Origin: Bacteroidia bacterium
GTDB taxonomy: Bacteria > Bacteroidota > Bacteroidia > Bacteroidales > VadinHA17
NCBI GenBank assembly: GCA_026391215.1
Contig: JAPLDX010000017.1
Span: forward strand, 1 to 49,534
Reading direction: 5' to 3'
Length of the DNA stretch: 49,534 nucleotides
The translations under genes were made by a program, and so were the position numbers. Below, piece by piece: positions 39,051-46,945 of the stretch (positions within the stretch are counted from its first letter, which is position 1; each line of letters opens with the position of its first letter). Below the pieces are notes generated by a model. That model was not told where the DNA came from. It saw nothing but the letters and a program-made list of their open reading frames with translations, and did not search any database.

Positions 39051-40421
39051 ATGGTATTAAATAAATTCTTCATCAATGTTCTTTTACGGGTAACTATTAT
39101 TGTATTAACCTGTGTTGCATTAGGAATAGTGTTACAACATCTTGATCGTGGATACTATTTTACCCTGGCAGGTGTGATTTTTCTGATACTGTTTCAAGCT
39201 TATATGCTTGTAAATCAGGTTAACAAAACAAATGCAGATCTGGAAAAATTCTTTTCAGCGGTTCTGGATCATGATACATCCGTTCGGTTTTCTGGAAAGG
39301 CTATGAATACTTCATTCAAAAAACTACATAACAAAATGAATCAGGTCAATATTGTCATTCAGAATGCTAAAATTGAAAATGAGAGAACGAGCAATTTCTT
39401 ACAGAGTGTGGTTGACCATGTTGACATTGGACTTTTATCATTTGATATGGATGGCACGATAGGAATTTATAACAGGGTTGCAAAAAGATATTTAAACGTT
39501 CAACAACCCTGGCAACTATCTTCTTTTAAAACTATGAATGATGAAATGTTTAAAATTATTCATACTATAAAACCGGGGCAGGAGATATTGCATAAAATGA
39601 ACATAAACAATCTTTTACAAAGTATTTTAATAAAAGCCACGGAACTGAAATATGAAAGCAATGTAATAAAACTGATATCTTTTCAGGACATTACCAATGA
39701 ACTTGATAAAAAAGAATTGGATAGCTGGCAAAGACTGGTACGGGTGTTAACCCATGAAATCATGAATTCCATAAGTCCGATTACCTCTCTTACATCGGTG
39801 ATTTCAGGGTACTTTAAAAAGAAGGACGATAAAAACCCGGTTCCGTTGGAAAAAATTGATCATCAAATAGTTTCTAAAACACTTTCCGGATTGAATACCA
39901 TAGAAGAAACAGGAAAGGGGTTATTAGATTTTGTTGATAAATACAGAAGCTTAACGTCATTACCAAAACCTGATTTAAGCAAATTCCATATTGATAATCT
40001 GTTCCGGAAATGCAAACTTCTCATGGAATCAAATATTCCAAATAACTTAAAGATTGTTGTAAGTGTTTATCCTGAAGATATTGCAATAGTCGCAGATTAT
40101 GCCCAGATTGAACAAGTGCTAATCAATTTGATAAAGAACGCCAGCGAAGCTTTATCCAATAAGAAAAACGGAACTATTCACTTGAAAGCATTTTATGGCG
40201 ATGGGGGTATATTAATTCAGGTTGAAGATAATGGAATTGGGATATCCAATGATATTACCGAGGATATTTTTGTACCATTTTATACAACCAAAGAAAATGG
40301 TTCAGGGATAGGATTAAGCTTGTCAAAGCAGATAATGCAAAATCATGATGGCACAATTTCAGTGAACTCTGCTCCGAATAAGGGATCTAAGTTTACTTTA
40401 AAGTTTCAATTAGCTGATTGA
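39051..40421 (+). CDS. Sensor histidine kinase (NtrY/NtrB-like)
   Basis: Two TMs, PAS-like region, LTHEIMNS, NLIKNA, DNGIGI, FYTTK and GSGIGL. Confidence 0.92.
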   Translation: MVLNKFFINVLLRVTIIVLTCVALGIVLQHLDRGYYFTLAGVIFLILFQAYMLVNQVNKTNADLEKFFSAVLDHDTSVRFSGKAMNTSFKKLHNKMNQVNIVIQNAKIENERTSNFLQSVVDHVDIGLLSFDMDGTIGIYNRVAKRYLNVQQPWQLSSFKTMNDEMFKIIHTIKPGQEILHKMNINNLLQSILIKATELKYESNVIKLISFQDITNELDKKELDSWQRLVRVLTHEIMNSISPITSLTSVISGYFKKKDDKNPVPLEKIDHQIVSKTLSGLNTIEETGKGLLDFVDKYRSLTSLPKPDLSKFHIDNLFRKCKLLMESNIPNNLKIVVSVYPEDIAIVADYAQIEQVLINLIKNASEALSNKKNGTIHLKAFYGDGGILIQVEDNGIGISNDITEDIFVPFYTTKENGSGIGLSLSKQIMQNHDGTISVNSAPNKGSKFTLKFQLAD

Positions 40422-42108
40422 TACAGCTCTATATGGCTTTTTCTTTCTTTTCTTTTCCTGCTTCCTGTACGACCATTTAGCCGGCTTTCTGTCATTATAC
40501 CTGTTTCTGGCCGGTTTATCACTCTTTTCCTGGGCGATCTCCACGGCAACTCTTTTATTATTGAATTTTGCATTATTCAATGCTACGATAAGATCATCGG
40601 CATGGCTGGCTTCAACTTCAAAAAAGGAGAAGGACTTTAAAAGATCGATCTTTCCGATCGGTATTTTTCTGCTGTGCGTGTTTGTATTTACCAGTTCAAT
40701 AAGCTGTTCCGGGTATACCGGTGTATTGTACACGGGAACCTCTTTTGTCTGATCTTTCAAAGCTGCTGTCTTTTTCAGTTATGGGATCAATCAGGTCTTC
40801 ACCATGACGGTAATCATCAAGGAATCTGTCAAATTCAAGAGAAATTACTCTTTTTAGAAGCTCTTCTCTGTCAAGTCCTGACAGTTTCAATTTTATTTCT
40901 GGTAATAGTTTTTCAATCTCCTGATGATCAGTTGAAACAGTTTCAAGTTTGGTTACCCAGCTGGAAAGCTGTTTTCCGCATATCTCACTTCCTGTAGGAA
41001 TAGGCATGGCCTTAAAAGGCTTTTTGACCATTCTTACTATCCTCTGAAGGTTTTGCTTCTCCCTCAGGTGTACCAGTGAAATGGATATTCCTGTTTTACC
41101 AGCTCTGCCTGTACGGCCGCATCTGTGTAAATAAATTTCCGGATCATCGGGCAGGCTGAAATTAATAACATGAGTAAGATCATCCACATCCAGGCCGCGC
41201 GCCGCAACATCAGTTGCCACCAGGATACGAAGATTCTTTAACCTGAATTTCTGCATTACAGTGTCCCGCTGTGCCTGGGAAAGATCTCCATGGAGCGCAT
41301 CGGCATTGTAACCGTCATTAATCAGTTTTGATGCAATATCCTGAGTTTCTATGCGAGTACGGCAAAAAACAATTGCGTATATATCAGGTTCAAAGTCAGC
41401 AATACGTTTAAGTACCTTGTATTTGTCTTTTGCATGCACCAGATAATAAGCATGACTGACATTTTCGGCAGATGAATTCTTTGTTCCAATAGTAATTTCA
41501 ATCGGATCATTCATGTATTTCCTGGCAATAGATGCAATTTCCGAGGACATGGTTGCTGAGAACAAAAGTGTTCTTCTTTCTTTCGGAACCTCCTCCAGGA
41601 TTTCATTTATGCTGTCAAGGAATCCCATATTGAGCATTTCGTCAGCTTCATCGAGTATTACTGTGCTGACATTATTCAGCTTTGCCGCTCTCCTGCCAAT
41701 CAGATCAATCAGCCTTCCCGGCGTGGCAACGATAATATGTGCACCTTTCTTTAATCCTCTTATCTGGTTATCAATACTTGCGCCTCCGTATACTGCAAGA
41801 ATATTCAGCTTGCCTGTATATCTGGAATAGTCGGAAAGATCACCTGCTATCTGCATGCATAGTTCGCGAGTAGGGCAAAGTATTAATGCCTGAGTGCTGT
41901 TTGTTTCCGTATCAGTTGCCTGAACCAGAGGCAGCCCGAAAGCTGCTGTTTTTCCTGTACCTGTCTGCGCAAGGGCGATAATATCACATTCGTCTCCAAG
42001 CATCAGAGGGATTACTTTTTCCTGTACCGGCATGGGTTGTTCAAATCCCAGTTCCTGAATAGCTTTCAGTATACCGGGAGTAAATCCCATCTCTTCAAAA
42101 TTTATCAT
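40410..42108 (-). CDS. deaD: DEAD-box RNA helicase (DeaD/CsdA-like), C-terminal DbpA domain frameshifted near 40715
   Basis: Q motif, AQTGTGKT, PTREL, TPGR, DEAD, SAT and HRCGRTGR lie in 40696-42108. The DbpA remainder (IGKIDLLKSFSFFEV...VAVEIA) is in another frame at 40410-40713. Confidence 0.88.
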
Positions 42109-42218
42109 TTAAATGTTTTATGGTGTGCTTCCGGGAGCGAAGGATTTTTATCCCGGCTTTAAAGGAATCACTTTGTTAATAAGGGTGCAAAGGTAGTCAA
42201 ATAATCCTGATAATGACT

Positions 42219-42677
42219 TTATTCCTTAAATAGTTTGACATTCAAGGCAGAAGGACCCTTGGGCCCTTTACCGATTTCAAATATGACGACGTTGTTTTCC
42301 TTTACAGGTTCGAGAAGGTTATTTATGTGAACGAAAACACTCTGATGTGATTCCAGGTCGCGGATAAATCCATAACCTTTTGAATCATTGAAGAAAGTAA
42401 CAACTCCCTTTCGTATATAGTCGGGACCAGTTTCCGGATTATTCCTGGTTATATTCAATTCAATATTTTCAGCCAGAATGACTGTCTTTTTTTTATCAGG
42501 GTCGGGAGGAGTTGAGGAGATCTTACCGAATTCATCGACATACGCAATCATATCCTCGAAGCTGCTTTTCTTCCCTTCACTTTTCTTCTTAGCGCGCTTC
42601 TGCTCTTTTTCTTTTCTCTTTTTCTCTTTCTTATTTCTTACTTCCTTTTTATTGGATGTTTCCTGCGACCTTCCCAT
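42219..42677 (-). CDS. Cold-shock domain protein with basic N-terminal extension (Bacteroidota type)
   Basis: MGRSQET..KKE, AYVDEFG, GVVTFFNDSKGYGFI, VFVH and GPKGPSA. -7 element on the minus strand at 42694-42701. Confidence 0.92.
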   Translation of the reverse strand: MGRSQETSNKKEVRNKKEKKRKEKEQKRAKKKSEGKKSSFEDMIAYVDEFGKISSTPPDPDKKKTVILAENIELNITRNNPETGPDYIRKGVVTFFNDSKGYGFIRDLESHQSVFVHINNLLEPVKENNVVIFEIGKGPKGPSALNVKLFKE

Positions 42678-42743
42678 ATATGTGTTTTGTTTGCAAATGT
42701 ACAACAAAACCCCGACAAATGCACTAACCTAATGTGACTCCAT

Positions 42744-43193
42744 TTATCCAAGCAGCTTCCTGACTATTGCCGAGATTTCCTTCCCGTCAGCTTTCCCTGC
42801 AAGCTCATTTGTGGCAAAACCCATGACTTTTCCCATATCAGAAGGAGAAATAGCGCCCACTCTTGCAATGATGTCCTTCAGTACTTTCTCAAGCTCGGCT
42901 TCACCCATCTTTGCAGGCAGGTATTTTTCCAGGACATCTGCTTCGGCAACCTCTTTATCATAAAGATCCAGCCGGTTATTCTCTTTATATATGGCCGCAG
43001 ATTCCCTTCTCTGCTTGACCAGCTTCTGAATTATCTTTAATTCCTCTTCTGGGGTTAATGCTGTATCCTGACCTTTTTCGGATTTGGCAAGCAGGAATGC
43101 GGTTTTTGCTGCCCTGATCGCCTCAAGAGCGACTTTATCCTTGCCTTTCATGGCATTTATAAGATCTCCGGAAATTTTCTCGGTAAGTGACAT
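42744..43193 (-). CDS. GatB/YqeY domain protein
   Basis: AMKGKDK, KLVKQRRESA, KYLP, DMGKVMG and GKADGK. Confidence 0.93.
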   Translation of the reverse strand: MSLTEKISGDLINAMKGKDKVALEAIRAAKTAFLLAKSEKGQDTALTPEEELKIIQKLVKQRRESAAIYKENNRLDLYDKEVAEADVLEKYLPAKMGEAELEKVLKDIIARVGAISPSDMGKVMGFATNELAGKADGKEISAIVRKLLG

Positions 43194-43329
43194 ATTTTAA
43201 GTTTTAATTGTTCTACAATAATTACGAATAACAATATAAAGATACAAGATATAGTTCAAAATTAAATAATTAACAGGTGTCCTTCCGTGCATGCAGAACA
43301 TTTTTATTACAGTAGAAGGTTGATTATTA

Positions 43330-43358
43330 TATGGCTAAAGTGCATATATTTAGCCATA
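43330..43358. promoter_or_regulatory. Inverted repeat upstream of the AraC gene promoter
   Basis: TATGGCTAAA-N9-TTTAGCCATA, followed by the -7 element TATATTTG at 43379-43386. Confidence 0.5.
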
Positions 43359-43420
43359 ATTATAAGAAAATATTATAATATATTTGTATTAGTCAGGAGA
43401 TCAGATCTTATAAAATTTGA

Positions 43421-43981
43421 ATGAAAATTTACATCCAGAATATGGTTTGTATCCGGTGCAAGATGGTAGTTAAATCAGAGCTTGAAAAGCTTGGATTGCA
43501 TTATGTCACTGTTGATCTGGGTGAAGCAGAAATCATGGAAGAAATCTCTGCTGAACAACTGGCAAAACTTGGCATAGCCCTAAAAAAAACCGGACTTGAA
43601 CTGATGGATGATAACAATAGTATTCTGGTTGAAAAAATAAAGACAGTTATCATTGAACTGGTCCATTATACTGATGAACAGATCAAAATAAACCTTTCCA
43701 ATTACCTGAGCGAAAAACTCAATTACGATTATACATACCTTGCAAATCTTTTCTCTGAAGTTAAAGGTACTACCATTGAACAATTCTACCTGGCTCATAA
43801 AATAGAAAAAGTAAAAGAGCTGTTGGTTTATAATGAACTAAATCTTACCGAAATTGCCTGGAAACTGCATTACAGCAGCGTGGCACATCTGTCAAACCAG
43901 TTTAAGAAAATGACAGGACTCACACCGACCCACTTTAAAAACCTTAAACACAAAAGACATCGGGCTCTTGGTGATGTGTGA
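43421..43981 (+). CDS. AraC-family transcriptional regulator with N-terminal HMA-like CxxC domain
   Basis: IQNMVCIRC N-terminus, plus YTYLANLFS, LTEIAWKLHYSSVAHLSNQFKKMTGLTP double HTH. Confidence 0.92.
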   Translation: MKIYIQNMVCIRCKMVVKSELEKLGLHYVTVDLGEAEIMEEISAEQLAKLGIALKKTGLELMDDNNSILVEKIKTVIIELVHYTDEQIKINLSNYLSEKLNYDYTYLANLFSEVKGTTIEQFYLAHKIEKVKELLVYNELNLTEIAWKLHYSSVAHLSNQFKKMTGLTPTHFKNLKHKRHRALGDV

Positions 43982-44041
43982 ATGATGTAACTTATTTCCG
44001 GAATTATGTAAGGGTTCTACTAATAAAGGATTGCACCTTTG
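43974..44041 (+). promoter_or_regulatory. Tandem AATnATGTAA boxes plus -7-like element (promoter copy 1)
   Basis: gaatgatgtaa (43980), gaattatgtaa (44001) and cacctttg (44034). Confidence 0.62.
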
Positions 44042-44147
44042 TTGGATCATTTGATATTCTCATGAAGCCAACTTTTTCAAAGGTTGGTCATAAAATCAGC
44101 CTTTGAGCTTCATTTCAAACGTTAAAATTGGCAATAAACAGGAAAAG

Positions 44148-44297
44148 ATGGACAGTATCTTAAAGTCTTCAGAAAAGAAAAATCTGCGAAAAGAAGTGCG
44201 CTCAATCAATCACAAGCTTAAAGCAATAGGTGGTGGCGTCTATATTTCAGCAGGTGCAGCAATAATTATTATTTTGTTACTGATTATATTATTATAA
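44148..44297 (+). CDS. Small membrane-tail protein, probably 5'-truncated
   Basis: EKKNLRKEVR...GGGVYISAGAAIIIILLLIILL resembles the C-terminal half of a recurrent Bacteroidota small-protein family (recalled, not searched). Confidence 0.6.
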   Translation: MDSILKSSEKKNLRKEVRSINHKLKAIGGGVYISAGAAIIIILLLIILL

Positions 44298-44315
44298 ACA
44301 ATTTAAGCGACAATC

Positions 44316-44471
44316 ATGAGTAATCTACTTTATGTAATTGCAGTTATTCTTCTCATCCTTTGGGCAGTCGGATTCTTAGGATTCCATGCCGGAGGCATCA
44401 TACACGTCCTTCTAATTATTGCATTAATTGCAGTAATACTAAGGGTTATTCGAGGGAAGAAAGCCTTCTAA
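44316..44471 (+). CDS. lmo0937-family (DUF5670) small membrane protein, 51 aa
   Basis: Hand translation MSNLLYVIAVILLILWAVGFLGFHAGGIIHVLLIIALIAVILRVIRGKKAF. Too short to appear in the ORF track. Confidence 0.88.
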   Translation: MSNLLYVIAVILLILWAVGFLGFHAGGIIHVLLIIALIAVILRVIRGKKAF

Positions 44472-44525
44472 AAATGGATCTATATGACAGAGGTCATGAA
44501 TGATATTAAATCTAAAACTAACATT

Positions 44526-45377
44526 ATGAAATGCACAGTAATAAAGAAGTTAACATTCTTACTTACCCTCGGAGTATTCAGCCTTGTGACTCTGGCAAAT
44601 CCCCCACTGGCTTCAAAACAGCAAATAGGAATGTATATTAATTCGAAAACTTGTGTTGTATATGAAAGTGGCAATATTTCCTACAACATATTAATAAAAG
44701 ATGCTGTTGAAAAATACTGGAAATCAACTGAGTTTGAGTTTATCGATCAACAGGAGTTCGAAAAGCGACGGTTTGATTCGCATTACTCTTTTTTAGTACT
44801 CCTTACTGGCGTTTATGATAATGATCCGGGTGGAGTAAGTTATAATTACATAAGCCTGGTCCTCGGAGGTCCGGAAAATGATATGACCAAAATGCCTGAA
44901 TTATGCAGTATACCACTATCATATTCCGATGACAATAATATTAATGATTATGATTATGTCTTGCCCGCTATAATTAAATTTATGCAGAAACATGCAAAAA
45001 ACCTGGAAAAGAACAGGTTCATCATTTCACTTAAAGGATTGAAATATTATAATGGCTCAGCAGATTTTAAAGATAAGGTACTGCTTTTAAACAAAGAAAA
45101 GTTGGCCCCGGATGCAGATACACCTGAAAAAATCAATACAGTTTACCCTTATTATGTCAAGCTGATTACATTCTCTGAGATCGAGAATGAACTTGCTGCA
45201 AATCCTGCAAATGCAGTATTTCATTTTCATGTTGGCCCAATCCAGAATAAAGCTGCGGGAAAATGTTTTGAAATGATTTTTGATAATGCAGGTAATCTCT
45301 GGTACTATAATTCCCGCAAGATTACAAATAAAAACGAAGATGGCCTGGATCTGAAAGATTTTTCACAGATCAGGTAA
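44526..45377 (+). CDS. Exported hypothetical protein
   Basis: Long ORF with a signal-peptide-like N-terminus (KKLTFLLTLGVFSLVTLA). No family recognised and the start is uncertain (44484/44496/44526). Confidence 0.75.
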   Translation: MKCTVIKKLTFLLTLGVFSLVTLANPPLASKQQIGMYINSKTCVVYESGNISYNILIKDAVEKYWKSTEFEFIDQQEFEKRRFDSHYSFLVLLTGVYDNDPGGVSYNYISLVLGGPENDMTKMPELCSIPLSYSDDNNINDYDYVLPAIIKFMQKHAKNLEKNRFIISLKGLKYYNGSADFKDKVLLLNKEKLAPDADTPEKINTVYPYYVKLITFSEIENELAANPANAVFHFHVGPIQNKAAGKCFEMIFDNAGNLWYYNSRKITNKNEDGLDLKDFSQIR

Positions 45378-45413
45378 GGGAGTTCTTCTATGCCGGTGTT
45401 TGTCCGGCTTCGT

Positions 45414-45502
45414 GGATGATGTAACATATTTTGAATGTGTGAATTATATAACTAATGTAAATAATAATGTAACACTTGACGGGAGAACCGTACATACCTT
45501 TG
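45414..45502 (+). promoter_or_regulatory. Tandem AATnATGTAA boxes plus -7 element (promoter copy 2)
   Basis: ggatgatgtaa (45414), gaattatataa (45441), taataatgtaa (45462) and TACCTTTG (45495). Confidence 0.65.
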
Positions 45503-45538
45503 TGATGTGATAAATTAGTCACAATTAAAATTCACTAA

Positions 45539-46603
45539 ATGAGATTAAAAAATGTGTTCTCAATCATAGCAATGCTAATGATTGTATTTATTTCTAGTTG
45601 TACAAAAGATGATGAGACAGGCATACCTCCTAAGGTAACTTCAACAGATCCGCTCAATAACGTCATAGGTGTTCCCCGCAACACTGAAGTAGAATTTACC
45701 TTCAGTGAGGGAATGGATCCCTTAACGATCAATAATTCAACGTTTATTTTAAAACAAGGGGCAACAACAGTTTCCGGAGCAGTAACTTATTCCGGAAATA
45801 CAGCAACTTTTACGCCGTCAGGTCCACTGGCAGCCAATACTACTTATACTGCAACTGTAACAACCGGGGCAACAAGCCTGGAAGGCAATTCACTTGCAAC
45901 CGACGCTGTATGGAGTTTCACAACCGGCGGATCTACATCAAGTCTTGCAGTTGTCAATCTTGGCGCTTCAGGCGATTATGTTATTCTTGCTAAATCTGCA
46001 ATCAATAACATTTCAACTTCTGCAGTTACCGGAGATTTGGGTTTGAGTCCGGCAGCTACATCTTACGTTACAGGACTTGCCATAACAGACGCAACCGGAT
46101 ATGCAACTTCCGCGCAGGTGACCGGGAAAATATTTGCAGCCGATATGGCAGATCCGACTCCTATCAATCTTACCACGGCCGTCAACAATATGCTTACCGC
46201 TTACACTGATGCAGCCGGACGTCCTTTCCCGGATTTCCTGGAATTGGGCACTGGAAATATTGGAGGGAAAACTCTTACCCCGGGACTCTATAAATGGACT
46301 ACCACAGTTACAATGCCATCCGATGTTACTATTTCGGGTAGTGCAACCGATGTATGGATCTTCCAGATTTCCAAGGACCTTACAATGAGTACCGCAGTTA
46401 AGATTACCCTTAACGGAGGCGCTCTGGCAAAGAACATTTTCTGGCAGGTGGCCGGACAGGCAACATTTGGGACAACCTCTCACTTCGAAGGAATTATTTT
46501 ATCGATGACAGGTATTACTTTTCAAACTGGTGCGTCAATTAATGGAAGAGCACTGGCACAGACAGCTGTCGTTCTTGATGCGAATATTGTTACAAAACCA
46601 TAA
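45539..46603 (+). CDS. Ice-binding-like lipoprotein (Ig-like domain plus DUF3494)
   Basis: Lipobox SSC, Ig-like domain (PPKVTSTDP, FTFSEGMDP, WSFTT), and DUF3494 motifs VTGDLGLSP, AYTDAAGR, TLTPGLYKW, VWIFQI, NIFWQVAG, NGRALAQTAV. Confidence 0.92.
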   Translation: MRLKNVFSIIAMLMIVFISSCTKDDETGIPPKVTSTDPLNNVIGVPRNTEVEFTFSEGMDPLTINNSTFILKQGATTVSGAVTYSGNTATFTPSGPLAANTTYTATVTTGATSLEGNSLATDAVWSFTTGGSTSSLAVVNLGASGDYVILAKSAINNISTSAVTGDLGLSPAATSYVTGLAITDATGYATSAQVTGKIFAADMADPTPINLTTAVNNMLTAYTDAAGRPFPDFLELGTGNIGGKTLTPGLYKWTTTVTMPSDVTISGSATDVWIFQISKDLTMSTAVKITLNGGALAKNIFWQVAGQATFGTTSHFEGIILSMTGITFQTGASINGRALAQTAVVLDANIVTKP

Positions 46604-46616
46604 TAAAAGAATCCGA

Positions 46617-46662
46617 AAAAGTCTTGCCACGTTTTGCGTGGCAACTGGCTTTTTTATTTTTT
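46617..46662 (+). terminator. Intrinsic terminator or stabilising hairpin
   Basis: ttgccacg-ttttg-cgtggcaa followed shortly by T tracts. Confidence 0.7.
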
Positions 46663-46692
46663 TCTTAAACAGACTAACTAAAAATACTAATT

Positions 46693-46902
46693 ATGAAAAA
46701 AGCAGGAATCGTTATTGTAATACTTGGTTTAATATTAACCATTTTTACAGCTGTGACTGTCTTCACCCGGGAGAAAGTGGTCGATATCGGAGATGTTAAA
46801 ATCACCAGGAACAAACCACACCGCCTCAACTGGTCGCCACTGATTGGCATTGCAGTAATGGGAATCGGAGGAGTTGTTTATGTGATGGCTCCTAAAAAAT
46901 AA
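46693..46902 (+). CDS. Small two-TM membrane protein
   Basis: 69 aa: TM, TREKVVDIG...WSP, TM. Confidence 0.8.
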   Translation: MKKAGIVIVILGLILTIFTAVTVFTREKVVDIGDVKITRNKPHRLNWSPLIGIAVMGIGGVVYVMAPKK

Positions 46903-46945
46903 TAAACAGTTTGAATCTTTTAAAACTATATGTATTTGAAAATCA

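Noticed and set aside
34873-40421. Intact integrative element or prophage at tRNA-Pro
   Set aside because: No integrase, no phage genes and no downstream duplicate of the tRNA 3' end were found.
40410-40760. Independent 116-aa gene
   Set aside because: It is the out-of-frame C-terminal DbpA domain of the upstream helicase, and its first residues are just alternate-frame sequence.
46903-46945. AraC box or canonical -7 promoter directly upstream of kaiC
   Set aside because: Neither the AATnATGTAA pair nor TAnnTTTG is present, so direct AraC control of kaiC is not shown by the sequence.
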